From NCBI GenBank assembly GCA_018818105.1, contig JAHISK010000098.1, positions 1 through 63,069 on the forward strand: a stretch of DNA of 63,069 nucleotides. Direction: 5' to 3'. Below are positions 36,273 to 44,065 of the stretch, in pieces. The notes below the pieces were generated by a model, which made no database searches, had not been told where the DNA came from, and saw only the letters and a program-made list of their open reading frames with translations. The DNA comes from Candidatus Omnitrophota bacterium. Lineage in GTDB: Bacteria > Omnitrophota > Gorgyraeia > Duberdicusellales > 4484-171. Both the position numbers and the translations under genes were made by a program. Within the stretch, counting starts at the first letter, position 1. Each line of letters begins with the position of its first letter.

Positions 36273-37418
36273 ATGATATACCTTGATTATAATGCTACAA
36301 CTCCTTTAGATGGACGTGTATTAGATAAGATGATGCCATATTTACGGGATTATTATGGTAATCCGTCCGCTATATATAAGATTGCTAAAAAACCAAAAGA
36401 AGCTATTGCTTGGGCTTGTGATAATATCGCGGAGTTAATCTCTTCAAGTCCCGCGGAATTGATTTTTACTTCCGGCGGAACAGAATCAAATAATACCGCG
36501 CTTTTTGGTGTTGCTTTTTCTCATAAGGATAAAGGCAAGCATATTATTATTTCTAAGATAGAACATTCCGCTATTCTAGAACCAGCTAAGTTTTTAGAAG
36601 AATTGGGATTTAAGGTTACCTATATAGATGTAGATAATTATGGGGTCATAGAATTAAATCGGTTGCGGGATAGTATATGCGAAGATACAGTGTTGGTTTC
36701 GGTTATGTACGCTAATAATGAAGTGGGGACAGTTCAGCCCATAAAGGAAATTTCTGATATTTGCCGCCAGCATGGAGTATATTTTCATGTTGACGCTGTT
36801 GCTGCTGTAGGCAAACTTGATATAAACGTTAAAGAGTTAGGTATTGATTTGCTTTCTATTTCCGCTCATAAATTTTATGGGCCAAAAGGGGTAGGTGTTT
36901 TGTATGTCGGTGAGGCAGTGGCTTTAAGTTCTTTTATTCGCGGCGGGCATCAGCAGGATGGGAGGCGCGCGGGAACAGAAAATGTTGCCGGTATTGTAGG
37001 TTTGGGTCAGGCGGCAAAAATTGCATTAGAAGAATCGGCGCGGGATAGTAAGAGGATAGTTGGTTTAAGAGATAAATTAGAAGAGGGGATAAAGAAAAAA
37101 ATTAGCGATGTAAAAGTTAATGGACATCCGCTAAAACGGTTGTATAATACCTGCAATATTTATATAAATCATGTTGAAAGTGAAAGCGTTTTGATGAATT
37201 TGGATTTAGAAGAAATATGTGCTTCCGCGGGATCAGCGTGTGCTACGGGAAATACTAATCCTTCGCATGTTCTTTTAGCTATGGGTATTTCGTCTGTTGC
37301 CGCGAGGGGAAGTATAAGGTTTAGTTTAGGTAAATTCACAAAAGATCAGGATATAGATAGGGTGTTGGATGTGTTGCCGGGAATAGTTAAAAAATTGCGG
37401 CAAATGTCGCCATTATAG
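36273..37418 (+). CDS. nifS: Cysteine desulfurase (NifS/IscS class)
   Basis: PLP-Lys SISAHKFYGPKG and active-site loop SAGSACA. Confidence 0.92.
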   Translation: MIYLDYNATTPLDGRVLDKMMPYLRDYYGNPSAIYKIAKKPKEAIAWACDNIAELISSSPAELIFTSGGTESNNTALFGVAFSHKDKGKHIIISKIEHSAILEPAKFLEELGFKVTYIDVDNYGVIELNRLRDSICEDTVLVSVMYANNEVGTVQPIKEISDICRQHGVYFHVDAVAAVGKLDINVKELGIDLLSISAHKFYGPKGVGVLYVGEAVALSSFIRGGHQQDGRRAGTENVAGIVGLGQAAKIALEESARDSKRIVGLRDKLEEGIKKKISDVKVNGHPLKRLYNTCNIYINHVESESVLMNLDLEEICASAGSACATGNTNPSHVLLAMGISSVAARGSIRFSLGKFTKDQDIDRVLDVLPGIVKKLRQMSPL

Positions 37419-37480
37419 GGATGTTGATTTTGGTAATGTCAAAACTTTTATGGGAAGAAGTAAGCGAAAGCATTGATTTT

Positions 37481-37660
37481 AAAATTACAATAAACAACAT
37501 CCAAATTACAAATAAATCACAATAGACAATATACAAATGGAGAAAATAGATAAAGAGAAAGAATAATATATATTTGATAAATCGAGATTAATTTTGTTTT
37601 CGTTTGTATATTTGGAATTGTGTATTGTTTGTAATTTGTTTATTGGCTATTGTTTATTTT
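37481..37660. repeat. 180-nt imperfect palindrome built of A/C-rich heptads and their complement
   Basis: The left arm has CAA every 7 nt (AAATTAC AATAAAC AACATCC AAATTAC...). The right arm is ATTGTGT ATTGTTT GTAATTT GTTTATT GGCTATT GTTTATT. Confidence 0.8.
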
Positions 37661-37690
37661 TGACAGACCGGTTAAATTAGTGAGGAGATT

Positions 37691-38611
37691 ATGGATAAAA
37701 GTAATGTAGCTGTGTTGAAAGAGAAAATATTAAAATTGAAGAGTGAGAAAGACGTGGTTATTTTAGCTCATAACTATCAAATTCCTCAAATTCAGGAGAT
37801 AGCTGATTATTTAGGAGATTCTTTAGAGTTAGCTAGAATTTCAAAGGAAGTTGAAAGTAAGGTTATTGTTTTCTGCGGAGTTAAATTTATGGCAGAAACG
37901 GCTAAGATTCTTTCTCCTTTGAAACAAGTTCTTTTACCGGTAATAGACGCGGGGTGTCCGCTGGCGGATACGATTAATACTGAACAACTTCTAGAATTGA
38001 AAAAAAAGCATCCCGGCGCCTGGGTAGTGAGTTATGTGAATAGTTCCGCTGGAATTAAGGCTTTAAGCGACGTGTGTTGCACTTCCGCTAACGCTGTTAG
38101 AGTGGTTAAAAATATTCCCGTGGATAAAGTTATTTTTGTTCCCGATAAGAATTTAGGGTGGTGGGTGCAAAAGAACGTTTCTAATAAAGAGGTAGTTGTG
38201 TGGCAGGGTTTTTGTGACGCGCATGAAAAGTTCACTTTAGAAGATTTAGATAAAACAAAAAAACTATATCCCGATGCTTGTGTTATGGTGCATCCGGAAT
38301 GTAGAAAAGAAATCTTACAAAAAGCGGATTTTGTGCTTTCTACTTCAGGTATGTTAAGCAGGGCGGCGCAAGTTGAGGATAAACGGTTTATTATCGGCAC
38401 AGAAGAAGGTATCATTCACCGTTTGAAGAGAGAAAATCCTGATAAAGAGTTTTATTCTTTAGGAAAAGAAAAAATTTGCCAAACTATGAAAAAAACAACT
38501 TTGGTAGAGTTGTATGAGTCTTTAGCGAAAGGAATTTATTCAATAGAGTTAAGTGAAGAGGTCATAGCGAAAGCTAAGACAGCAATAGAAAGGATGATTA
38601 GTTATGTCTAA
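37691..38611 (+). CDS. nadA: Quinolinate synthase
   Basis: ILAHNYQ, VKFMAETAKIL, HPECR. Conserved Cys residues for a [4Fe-4S] cluster. Confidence 0.92.
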   Translation: MDKSNVAVLKEKILKLKSEKDVVILAHNYQIPQIQEIADYLGDSLELARISKEVESKVIVFCGVKFMAETAKILSPLKQVLLPVIDAGCPLADTINTEQLLELKKKHPGAWVVSYVNSSAGIKALSDVCCTSANAVRVVKNIPVDKVIFVPDKNLGWWVQKNVSNKEVVVWQGFCDAHEKFTLEDLDKTKKLYPDACVMVHPECRKEILQKADFVLSTSGMLSRAAQVEDKRFIIGTEEGIIHRLKRENPDKEFYSLGKEKICQTMKKTTLVELYESLAKGIYSIELSEEVIAKAKTAIERMISYV

Positions 38612-38990
38612 TACCTACACAGATCAAGTTTTAGAACATTTTAAAAATCCCCGTAATTTAGGGAAGATGCAAGACCCCGACGGTGTTGGTAAGATTGGAA
38701 GTCCTGAATGTGGTGATGTTGTTTGGGTGTATATAAAAGTAGTTGATAATGTTATTGTCGATTGTAAGTTTCAAACTTTAGGGTGCGCGGCGGCAATTGC
38801 TAGTTCTTCCATGTTAACTGAGATAGTAAAAGGTAAAACTATAGAAGAAGCGTTAGCCGTTACCAACAATGATGTGGTTAAAGAATTGGGCGGTTTGCCG
38901 AATAAAAAAATGCATTGTTCGCTGTTAGCCGAAGATGGTATAAAAGAGGCAATTAAGGACTATCGCATTCGACACAACAAAAATATGTAG
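38604..38990 (+). CDS. nifU: Fe-S cluster scaffold (IscU/NifU N-terminal type)
   Basis: GSPECGDV, TLGCAAAIASSS, KMHCSLLA. 8-nt overlap with nadA. The TAG stop lies in a TGTAGGG head. Confidence 0.9.
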   Translation: MSNTYTDQVLEHFKNPRNLGKMQDPDGVGKIGSPECGDVVWVYIKVVDNVIVDCKFQTLGCAAAIASSSMLTEIVKGKTIEEALAVTNNDVVKELGGLPNKKMHCSLLAEDGIKEAIKDYRIRHNKNM

Positions 38991-39013
38991 GGACAGGCCC
39001 CTGTGCCTGTCTG
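38987..39013 (+). repeat. GTAG-headed hairpin supplying the nifU TAG stop
   Basis: GTAGGGACAGGCCCCTGTGCCTGTCTG. Confidence 0.8.
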
Positions 39014-39044
39014 TTGAAATATAAAAAACAGGAGGACAAAAATA

Positions 39045-39872
39045 ATGAATACCCCATGTAATTTTACTGAAAAAGATATAACCAGAGCAATTGCTGAATC
39101 TTTTTTTAAATCATTTAACGATTGTATCGAAAGCGACTGTATTATTGTTGGCGGAGGTCCTTCCGGCCTTATCGCGGCAAGAGATTTGGCGTTAGCCGGT
39201 AAGAAAATTGTAATTATTGAACGCAATAACTATTTGGGCGGAGGATTTTGGAGCGGCGGGTATTTAATGAATAAGATTACCATTAAAGAGCCGGCACAGG
39301 AAATTTTTGAGGAGTTAAAAATACCGTTTACTGAATACAAACAAGGATTATATGTGGCAGACGCGCCTCTAGCTTGTTCTACATTGATAAGTGAGACGGC
39401 GAAAGCGGGCGCAAAAATTTTAAATATGACTAGCTTTGATGATGTAGTCCTTCGGGATAAAAAAATAAGCGGAGTTGTAATAAACTGGACAGCTATAAGT
39501 CATTTACCGCGGTCGATTGCCGCTCTGGACCCTATCGCGTTAGAATCTAAAATTATAATTGACGCGACAGGCCATGATGCTAAAGTTTGCGGCCGGTTAG
39601 CAGAGCAGGGAATAATAAAGATGAAAGGCATGGGAACGATGTGGGTTGAGGAATCAGAAAAAGTTATTGTTGAATATACTGACGAAATTTATCCCGGACT
39701 GGTTATTTGCGGTATGGCGGTGTCTACTGTTTTTGGGCTGCCTAGAATGGGACCGATATTTTCTTCTATGCTTCTTTCGGGGAAAAAAGCCGCGGGGATT
39801 ATTTTGGATAAAGTAACAAAGGATGAGATACGAGACACGAAGGATGAAAATATAAAATCGTCCATTGTCTAA
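39045..39872 (+). CDS. thi4: Thi4-type thiazole synthase
   Basis: FAD/NAD fold VGGGPSGL, VINWT, IDATGHDA, GMAV...PRMGPIFSSMLLSG. Confidence 0.85.
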   Translation: MNTPCNFTEKDITRAIAESFFKSFNDCIESDCIIVGGGPSGLIAARDLALAGKKIVIIERNNYLGGGFWSGGYLMNKITIKEPAQEIFEELKIPFTEYKQGLYVADAPLACSTLISETAKAGAKILNMTSFDDVVLRDKKISGVVINWTAISHLPRSIAALDPIALESKIIIDATGHDAKVCGRLAEQGIIKMKGMGTMWVEESEKVIVEYTDEIYPGLVICGMAVSTVFGLPRMGPIFSSMLLSGKKAAGIILDKVTKDEIRDTKDENIKSSIV

Positions 39873-39905
39873 GTGAATGAACGGGTATCCTTTATCTAGC
39901 GTTCA

Positions 39906-40970
39906 ATGGTTAATAAAAATAAGATAAATGAAAAAGTTGCTGTCGCCTTAAGCGGCGGAGTGGATTCAAGTTTTGCGGCTTATCTTTTAAAAAAGAAAGG
40001 ATATCAGGTTGAAGGGTTTACTTTTTTGCTTTGTTCCCAAGATGGGAGATGTTTAGGTGATCAAGGGTTGATTCAAGCGCAAAAGGTATGTGATAAATTA
40101 AAAATTCCCCACCATATTTTAGATTTTAAAAAACTATTCAGGAAGCAAATCATAGATGATTTTTTGCGGCATTATTCGGTAGGGTTAACGCCTAATCCTT
40201 GTGTTCTTTGTAATGCTTTGATTAAGTTTGGGTATTTTTTTGAGCATATTGATTCCCGTGGTTTTAAATATCTAGCTACAGGGCATTATGTAGGATTAAA
40301 AAGGATAAAAGGAAAAATTTTTCTCAAAGTAGCTAAAGACGAGAAGAAATCTCAGGAGTATTTTCTTTCTTTAATCTCTCCGTCAATTTTAAACCGTCTG
40401 ATATTCCCACTCGCTAATTATACAAAAGACCAAGTGCTGGCAGAAGTTGTTAAACTCGATATTCTTTTTCATGATAGAGGGGAAAGCCAGGATATTTGTT
40501 TTATAAACGGTCAGGCGTATTCTCAATTTATTAAAGAGAACGTTTTTTCTCCCGAGAAGTATAAAGGGAATATATGTCATGTTAACGGTAAAATTTTAGG
40601 CACGCATGAAGGAATTTATAATTTTACTTACGGACAGCGTTCAGGGTTGGGCGTTGCCTGGAGGCAACCCCTTTATGTTATCTCTATTGAGGAGGAAACT
40701 AAGACGGTATTTGTGGGGGAGAAGGAATATTTATATAAAAAAGAGTTTACGGTTAATGACCTTAATTGGTTTGATGAGATTACAAAATATAAGAAAATAG
40801 AAGTAAAGATAAGATATAATACGCCATCGTTAAAATGCAAGGTCCAAGTAATGGGCAAAGAAGTTAAAGTTTCGCTTGATGATAAAGTTCAGGCAATAAC
40901 TCCTGGTCAGATTGCTGCCTTTTACAGCGGCGATATTTTGTTGGGAGGGGGAATAATAAATAGTTGCTAG
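39906..40970 (+). CDS. mnmA: tRNA-specific 2-thiouridylase
   Basis: PP-loop ALSGGVDSS, PNPCVLCN, ATGHY. The TAG stop is heptad 2 of a repeat array. Confidence 0.92.
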   Translation: MVNKNKINEKVAVALSGGVDSSFAAYLLKKKGYQVEGFTFLLCSQDGRCLGDQGLIQAQKVCDKLKIPHHILDFKKLFRKQIIDDFLRHYSVGLTPNPCVLCNALIKFGYFFEHIDSRGFKYLATGHYVGLKRIKGKIFLKVAKDEKKSQEYFLSLISPSILNRLIFPLANYTKDQVLAEVVKLDILFHDRGESQDICFINGQAYSQFIKENVFSPEKYKGNICHVNGKILGTHEGIYNFTYGQRSGLGVAWRQPLYVISIEEETKTVFVGEKEYLYKKEFTVNDLNWFDEITKYKKIEVKIRYNTPSLKCKVQVMGKEVKVSLDDKVQAITPGQIAAFYSGDILLGGGIINSC

Positions 40971-41107
40971 TCGTTAGTGAATAGTATTTAGTCGTTAGTA
41001 TATAGTATTTAGTAAGAAGATAGAAGACGGAAGATTGGAGAAGGAACATGGGTCAAGGGTCAGGGGGCAAGGGGCAAGGAAGAATAAGAATAAAGAATTA
41101 TGTAGGG
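40961..41107 (+). repeat. 21 consecutive phase-locked heptads (TAGTNNN x8, AAGANNG-type, GTCAAGG/GGCAAGG x4, AAGAATA x3, TGTAGGG)
   Basis: Parsed by hand with no indel. See findings. Confidence 0.9.
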
Positions 41108-41126
41108 ACAGGTCGTGACCTGTCCG
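41102..41126 (+). repeat. GTAG-headed hairpin
   Basis: GTAGGGACAGGTCGTGACCTGTCCG. Confidence 0.8.
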
Positions 41127-41143
41127 TTGAAAGATAAAAAAAT

Positions 41144-41935
41144 ATGAAAAAATTCAATCAATTAAAAAAGTTCCTCGCTAATTTAGAAAGCGCGGTTGTC
41201 GCGTTTTCCGGAGGCGTTGATAGTGGCCTTCTCATAAAGGCGGCTTATGATGTTTTAGGTAAAAAGGCTGTTGCTGTTACAGCTTCATCGATAATCCATT
41301 CTCGTCAGGATTTAGAGGCAGCTAAGGTTATTTGTAAAAATATCGGTATAAAGCATATAGTAACTCAAACCGATGAGTTGAGTAATCTTAAGTTTAGACG
41401 GAATTGTTGTGATAGGTGTTATTGGTGTAAGCGTAATCTGATTTTGAAATTAAAAGATATCGCTGACAAGACTCAGATTAAATATATTTTAGACGGAACA
41501 AATTATGATGATAAAAATGATGTGCGTCCCGGTATTAGGGCTAATAAAGAATTGGGCGTGATTAGTCCATTATCCCAATGTAGATTCGGCAAGGAAGATA
41601 TTATTGAACTAGCGAAATATTTGCGGTTATCTTTTTGGGATAAACCTAAAGGGACATGTTTTTCTTCTCGAATACCTTTTGGAGAGGAAATAACTATTGA
41701 TAGAATCAAGAGGGTTATTAGTGCTGAAGATATTTTGAAGGATATTTTAGGTGGAGGCTGTATCGTTCGGGCAAGGGACCATAATGATATCTTGCGTATT
41801 GAATTAGGAAATAGGGAAGGGACTAAACTAAAAAAATCTGATATAAATAGAGTAATGTTTAAACTTAAAAAATTAGGATATAAATACATAACGGTTGATT
41901 TAGAAGGATATGTTTCTGCGGGGGAGGTTAGATAA
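41144..41935 (+). CDS. larE: LarE-like PP-loop ATP-dependent sulfur transferase
   Basis: PP-loop AFSGGVDSG, GTCFSSRIPFG, extra Cys cluster NCCDRCYWC. Confidence 0.7.
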   Translation: MKKFNQLKKFLANLESAVVAFSGGVDSGLLIKAAYDVLGKKAVAVTASSIIHSRQDLEAAKVICKNIGIKHIVTQTDELSNLKFRRNCCDRCYWCKRNLILKLKDIADKTQIKYILDGTNYDDKNDVRPGIRANKELGVISPLSQCRFGKEDIIELAKYLRLSFWDKPKGTCFSSRIPFGEEITIDRIKRVISAEDILKDILGGGCIVRARDHNDILRIELGNREGTKLKKSDINRVMFKLKKLGYKYITVDLEGYVSAGEVR

Positions 41936-41989
41936 TATACAACATATAAGTTGTAAAGCGCTTGACAATACAACTTATATGTTGTATAT
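41935..41989 (+). promoter_or_regulatory. Perfect 21-bp inverted repeat embedding a promoter (operator/terminator) upstream of the AbiEii-like gene
   Basis: ATATACAACATATAAGTTGTA - 13 nt - TACAACTTATATGTTGTATAT. TTGACA (41962-41967) is in the loop, TATATA (41985-41990) follows 17 nt later, and the ATG is at 41997. Confidence 0.6.
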
Positions 41990-41996
41990 ATAAGGT

Positions 41997-42716
41997 ATGA
42001 AAGCTATTCCGATTCGAGAGTATCAAAATACAGTTTTAAAAGCGCTTTCGGGGAAAATAAGTGATTTTTATCTTGCCGGAGGGACTGCTCTTTCACTGTT
42101 TTATTTCCAGCATAGGGAGTCGATAGATTTAGACTTTTTTTCTCCGAGTTTTTCCTACAATAGAGTAGTTGAAATTACTAATAATTTGCATGAGGTTTTA
42201 AAAAAAACTGTAAAGCTTATTGCTCAGAGTTGGGAAGATAATAAATCTAATATAATGGTTTATAATGTGTGTTTTACCGAAAATGGTGTATTGAAACTTG
42301 ATTTTGTGCAAGATGTATTTCCTTTAATAAAGGAAACAAAAAATGTGGAAGGAATAAAAGTTCTTTCTTTAGAAGATATTTATATAAGAAAGATTTATGC
42401 TATTATTGGTATATTGCCTGCTTTAGATATGATAGGACGTAAGTCTTTTTTGGGGGGAAGAGCGGAAGCTAAAGATTTTTATGATCTTTACTTTTTATCA
42501 CATACATTTATGCCGCTTTCTGTGTTTGTTGAAAAATATTCTGATTTATCCGTGAAGGAAGGATTGATTAACTGGTTTCGAAAATATGATAGGATGAATA
42601 TAATGGATGGGGTATTACGTATGAAAGTAAATAAAAAAATGAATTATAAAAATATGGAAAATCATTTTTTGAATGAAATTAATAAAATTGTTGAAAAAGA
42701 AATAGAAGGGATATGA
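41997..42716 (+). CDS. AbiEii/AbiGii-family nucleotidyltransferase (type IV toxin-like)
   Basis: YLAGGTALSLFYFQHRESIDLDFF NTase signature, about 240 aa. Confidence 0.7.
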   Translation: MKAIPIREYQNTVLKALSGKISDFYLAGGTALSLFYFQHRESIDLDFFSPSFSYNRVVEITNNLHEVLKKTVKLIAQSWEDNKSNIMVYNVCFTENGVLKLDFVQDVFPLIKETKNVEGIKVLSLEDIYIRKIYAIIGILPALDMIGRKSFLGGRAEAKDFYDLYFLSHTFMPLSVFVEKYSDLSVKEGLINWFRKYDRMNIMDGVLRMKVNKKMNYKNMENHFLNEINKIVEKEIEGI

Positions 42717-43291
42717 ATAAAAATTGGTTGTGGGATGTGGAATTAACAGAATCTAGAGCAAAAAAAATATTAAAAGATACAAAGCATAAGGATTTTTTTG
42801 TTGTTGTTTCATTGCTTTTATCTCGGAATAATCAGGCTAAAGATATATTTAAGGAATATTTAGATCCTTTAATATTTTGTAATTATTGGGCGCGAATTAA
42901 GAAACGAATGCGTCAGGATAGATGGAATACCTCTAGAATTAATTTTTGGCAGACAATATTTGATAAATTAAAAGATAGATATCACTCGCGAGGAATTATT
43001 TTAAGAAAAACAGAAAAAATAAGTAGAGATAAGTTATGTAGGGATGTAGGCGATAAAATACGGAGCTTACGGCAGGAAAAAAATTTTTCTCAGAAAGAAT
43101 TTGCTGATAAATTAGGTATTTCACAGCAGCTAATTTCTAGGATTGAAAAAGGTCAGGAAAATGTTTCTTTGGTTACGTTAAAAAATCTTGTAAGGGCGTT
43201 AGGTAGAAAGGTAAGTATTAATTTTTTAAAGACATCCTATAAAGATCAGGATGTCTTGATTTCACAGATTGGGGATAGATTACATAGATGA
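42713..43291 (+). CDS. XRE-family HTH protein with unknown N-terminal domain
   Basis: C-terminal FSQKEFADKLGISQQLISRIEKGQENVSLVTLKNL. ATGA overlap with the upstream gene. Confidence 0.75.
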   Translation: MNKNWLWDVELTESRAKKILKDTKHKDFFVVVSLLLSRNNQAKDIFKEYLDPLIFCNYWARIKKRMRQDRWNTSRINFWQTIFDKLKDRYHSRGIILRKTEKISRDKLCRDVGDKIRSLRQEKNFSQKEFADKLGISQQLISRIEKGQENVSLVTLKNLVRALGRKVSINFLKTSYKDQDVLISQIGDRLHR

Positions 43292-43342
43292 AAAAGACAA
43301 ATTATCTAGTCGGAAAGGTAATAATATCACGAATTGTATTTT

Positions 43343-43421
43343 AATCTGTGTAATCGTGTTTTAATCGTTGTAATCAGGTATAATCTTATAAAGTTATACC
43401 AAAAATTATACCAGGAGGGGG
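43343..43421 (+). promoter_or_regulatory. Repeated promoter/5'-leader cassette, copy upstream of lipoprotein gene 43423
   Basis: Same blocks as 12619-12695, ending ATTATACCAGGAGGGGG immediately before the ATG. Confidence 0.6.
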
Positions 43422-43422
43422 T

Positions 43423-44034
43423 ATGAAGAAGTTAGGTATTTTATTAGCAGGGTTAGGTGTATTTGTATTTATCGGTTGTTCTGTGCCGCCGCTGGATGTT
43501 TTGCTTGATAGTTTTGAAGGCGCGATTAATGCTGAAACTGTGGATTATGGTACTGGCCAAGGGTCTTCTTTAAAGGTATCCGCGGATAAGTCGTTAAAGA
43601 TATGTGGCGAACAGTCTATAAGGCTGGAGTATTTTTTAAAGCCTTCCAGTTATATGTGGACCGCACGGGGATATAATTTAGACGTTAAGGGCGCGGCAAA
43701 GTGGTTGGTTAAACCTGAGGAAATTAAATGGAAAAAATATAACGCGGTTAGCATGTTTATGTATGGTCGTAATACCGGGGCGGTTATTGCTTTTGATGTG
43801 AAAGATGCCGGAGGCGAATATTGGAGGGTGATAATAGATGATGATTTCCAGTATTGGAAAGAAATGGTTTTTCCTTTCTCTCACTTCTTTCCGCGGCGTG
43901 ATTGGCAGCCGGAAACTGCGCAAAGGAATGAAGTAATGGATTTTCCTCTAATGAGTTTTCAGATTGAACCGCATATGCCGGGAAACGGCGTGTGTAATTT
44001 TGATTGCGTAAAAATTATAAAAGTAAAGAAATAG
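43423..44034 (+). CDS. Lipoprotein with CBM11/CIA30-like beta-sandwich
   Basis: Lipobox VFIGCS and LDSFEG start, typical of CIA30/CBM11-like domains. Confidence 0.45.
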   Translation: MKKLGILLAGLGVFVFIGCSVPPLDVLLDSFEGAINAETVDYGTGQGSSLKVSADKSLKICGEQSIRLEYFLKPSSYMWTARGYNLDVKGAAKWLVKPEEIKWKKYNAVSMFMYGRNTGAVIAFDVKDAGGEYWRVIIDDDFQYWKEMVFPFSHFFPRRDWQPETAQRNEVMDFPLMSFQIEPHMPGNGVCNFDCVKIIKVKK

Positions 44035-44065
44035 AGGGGCAAGGGATAGGAATTTTAAATTTCAA

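Noticed and set aside
38991-39044. A TPP riboswitch before thi4, or a cobalamin/SAM riboswitch before the metH genes (46882-47058).
   Set aside because: The thi4 spacer is only 54 nt and is occupied by a GTAG hairpin. No CTGAGA/ACCTGA TPP core, B12 box or SAM-I core was seen in either region.
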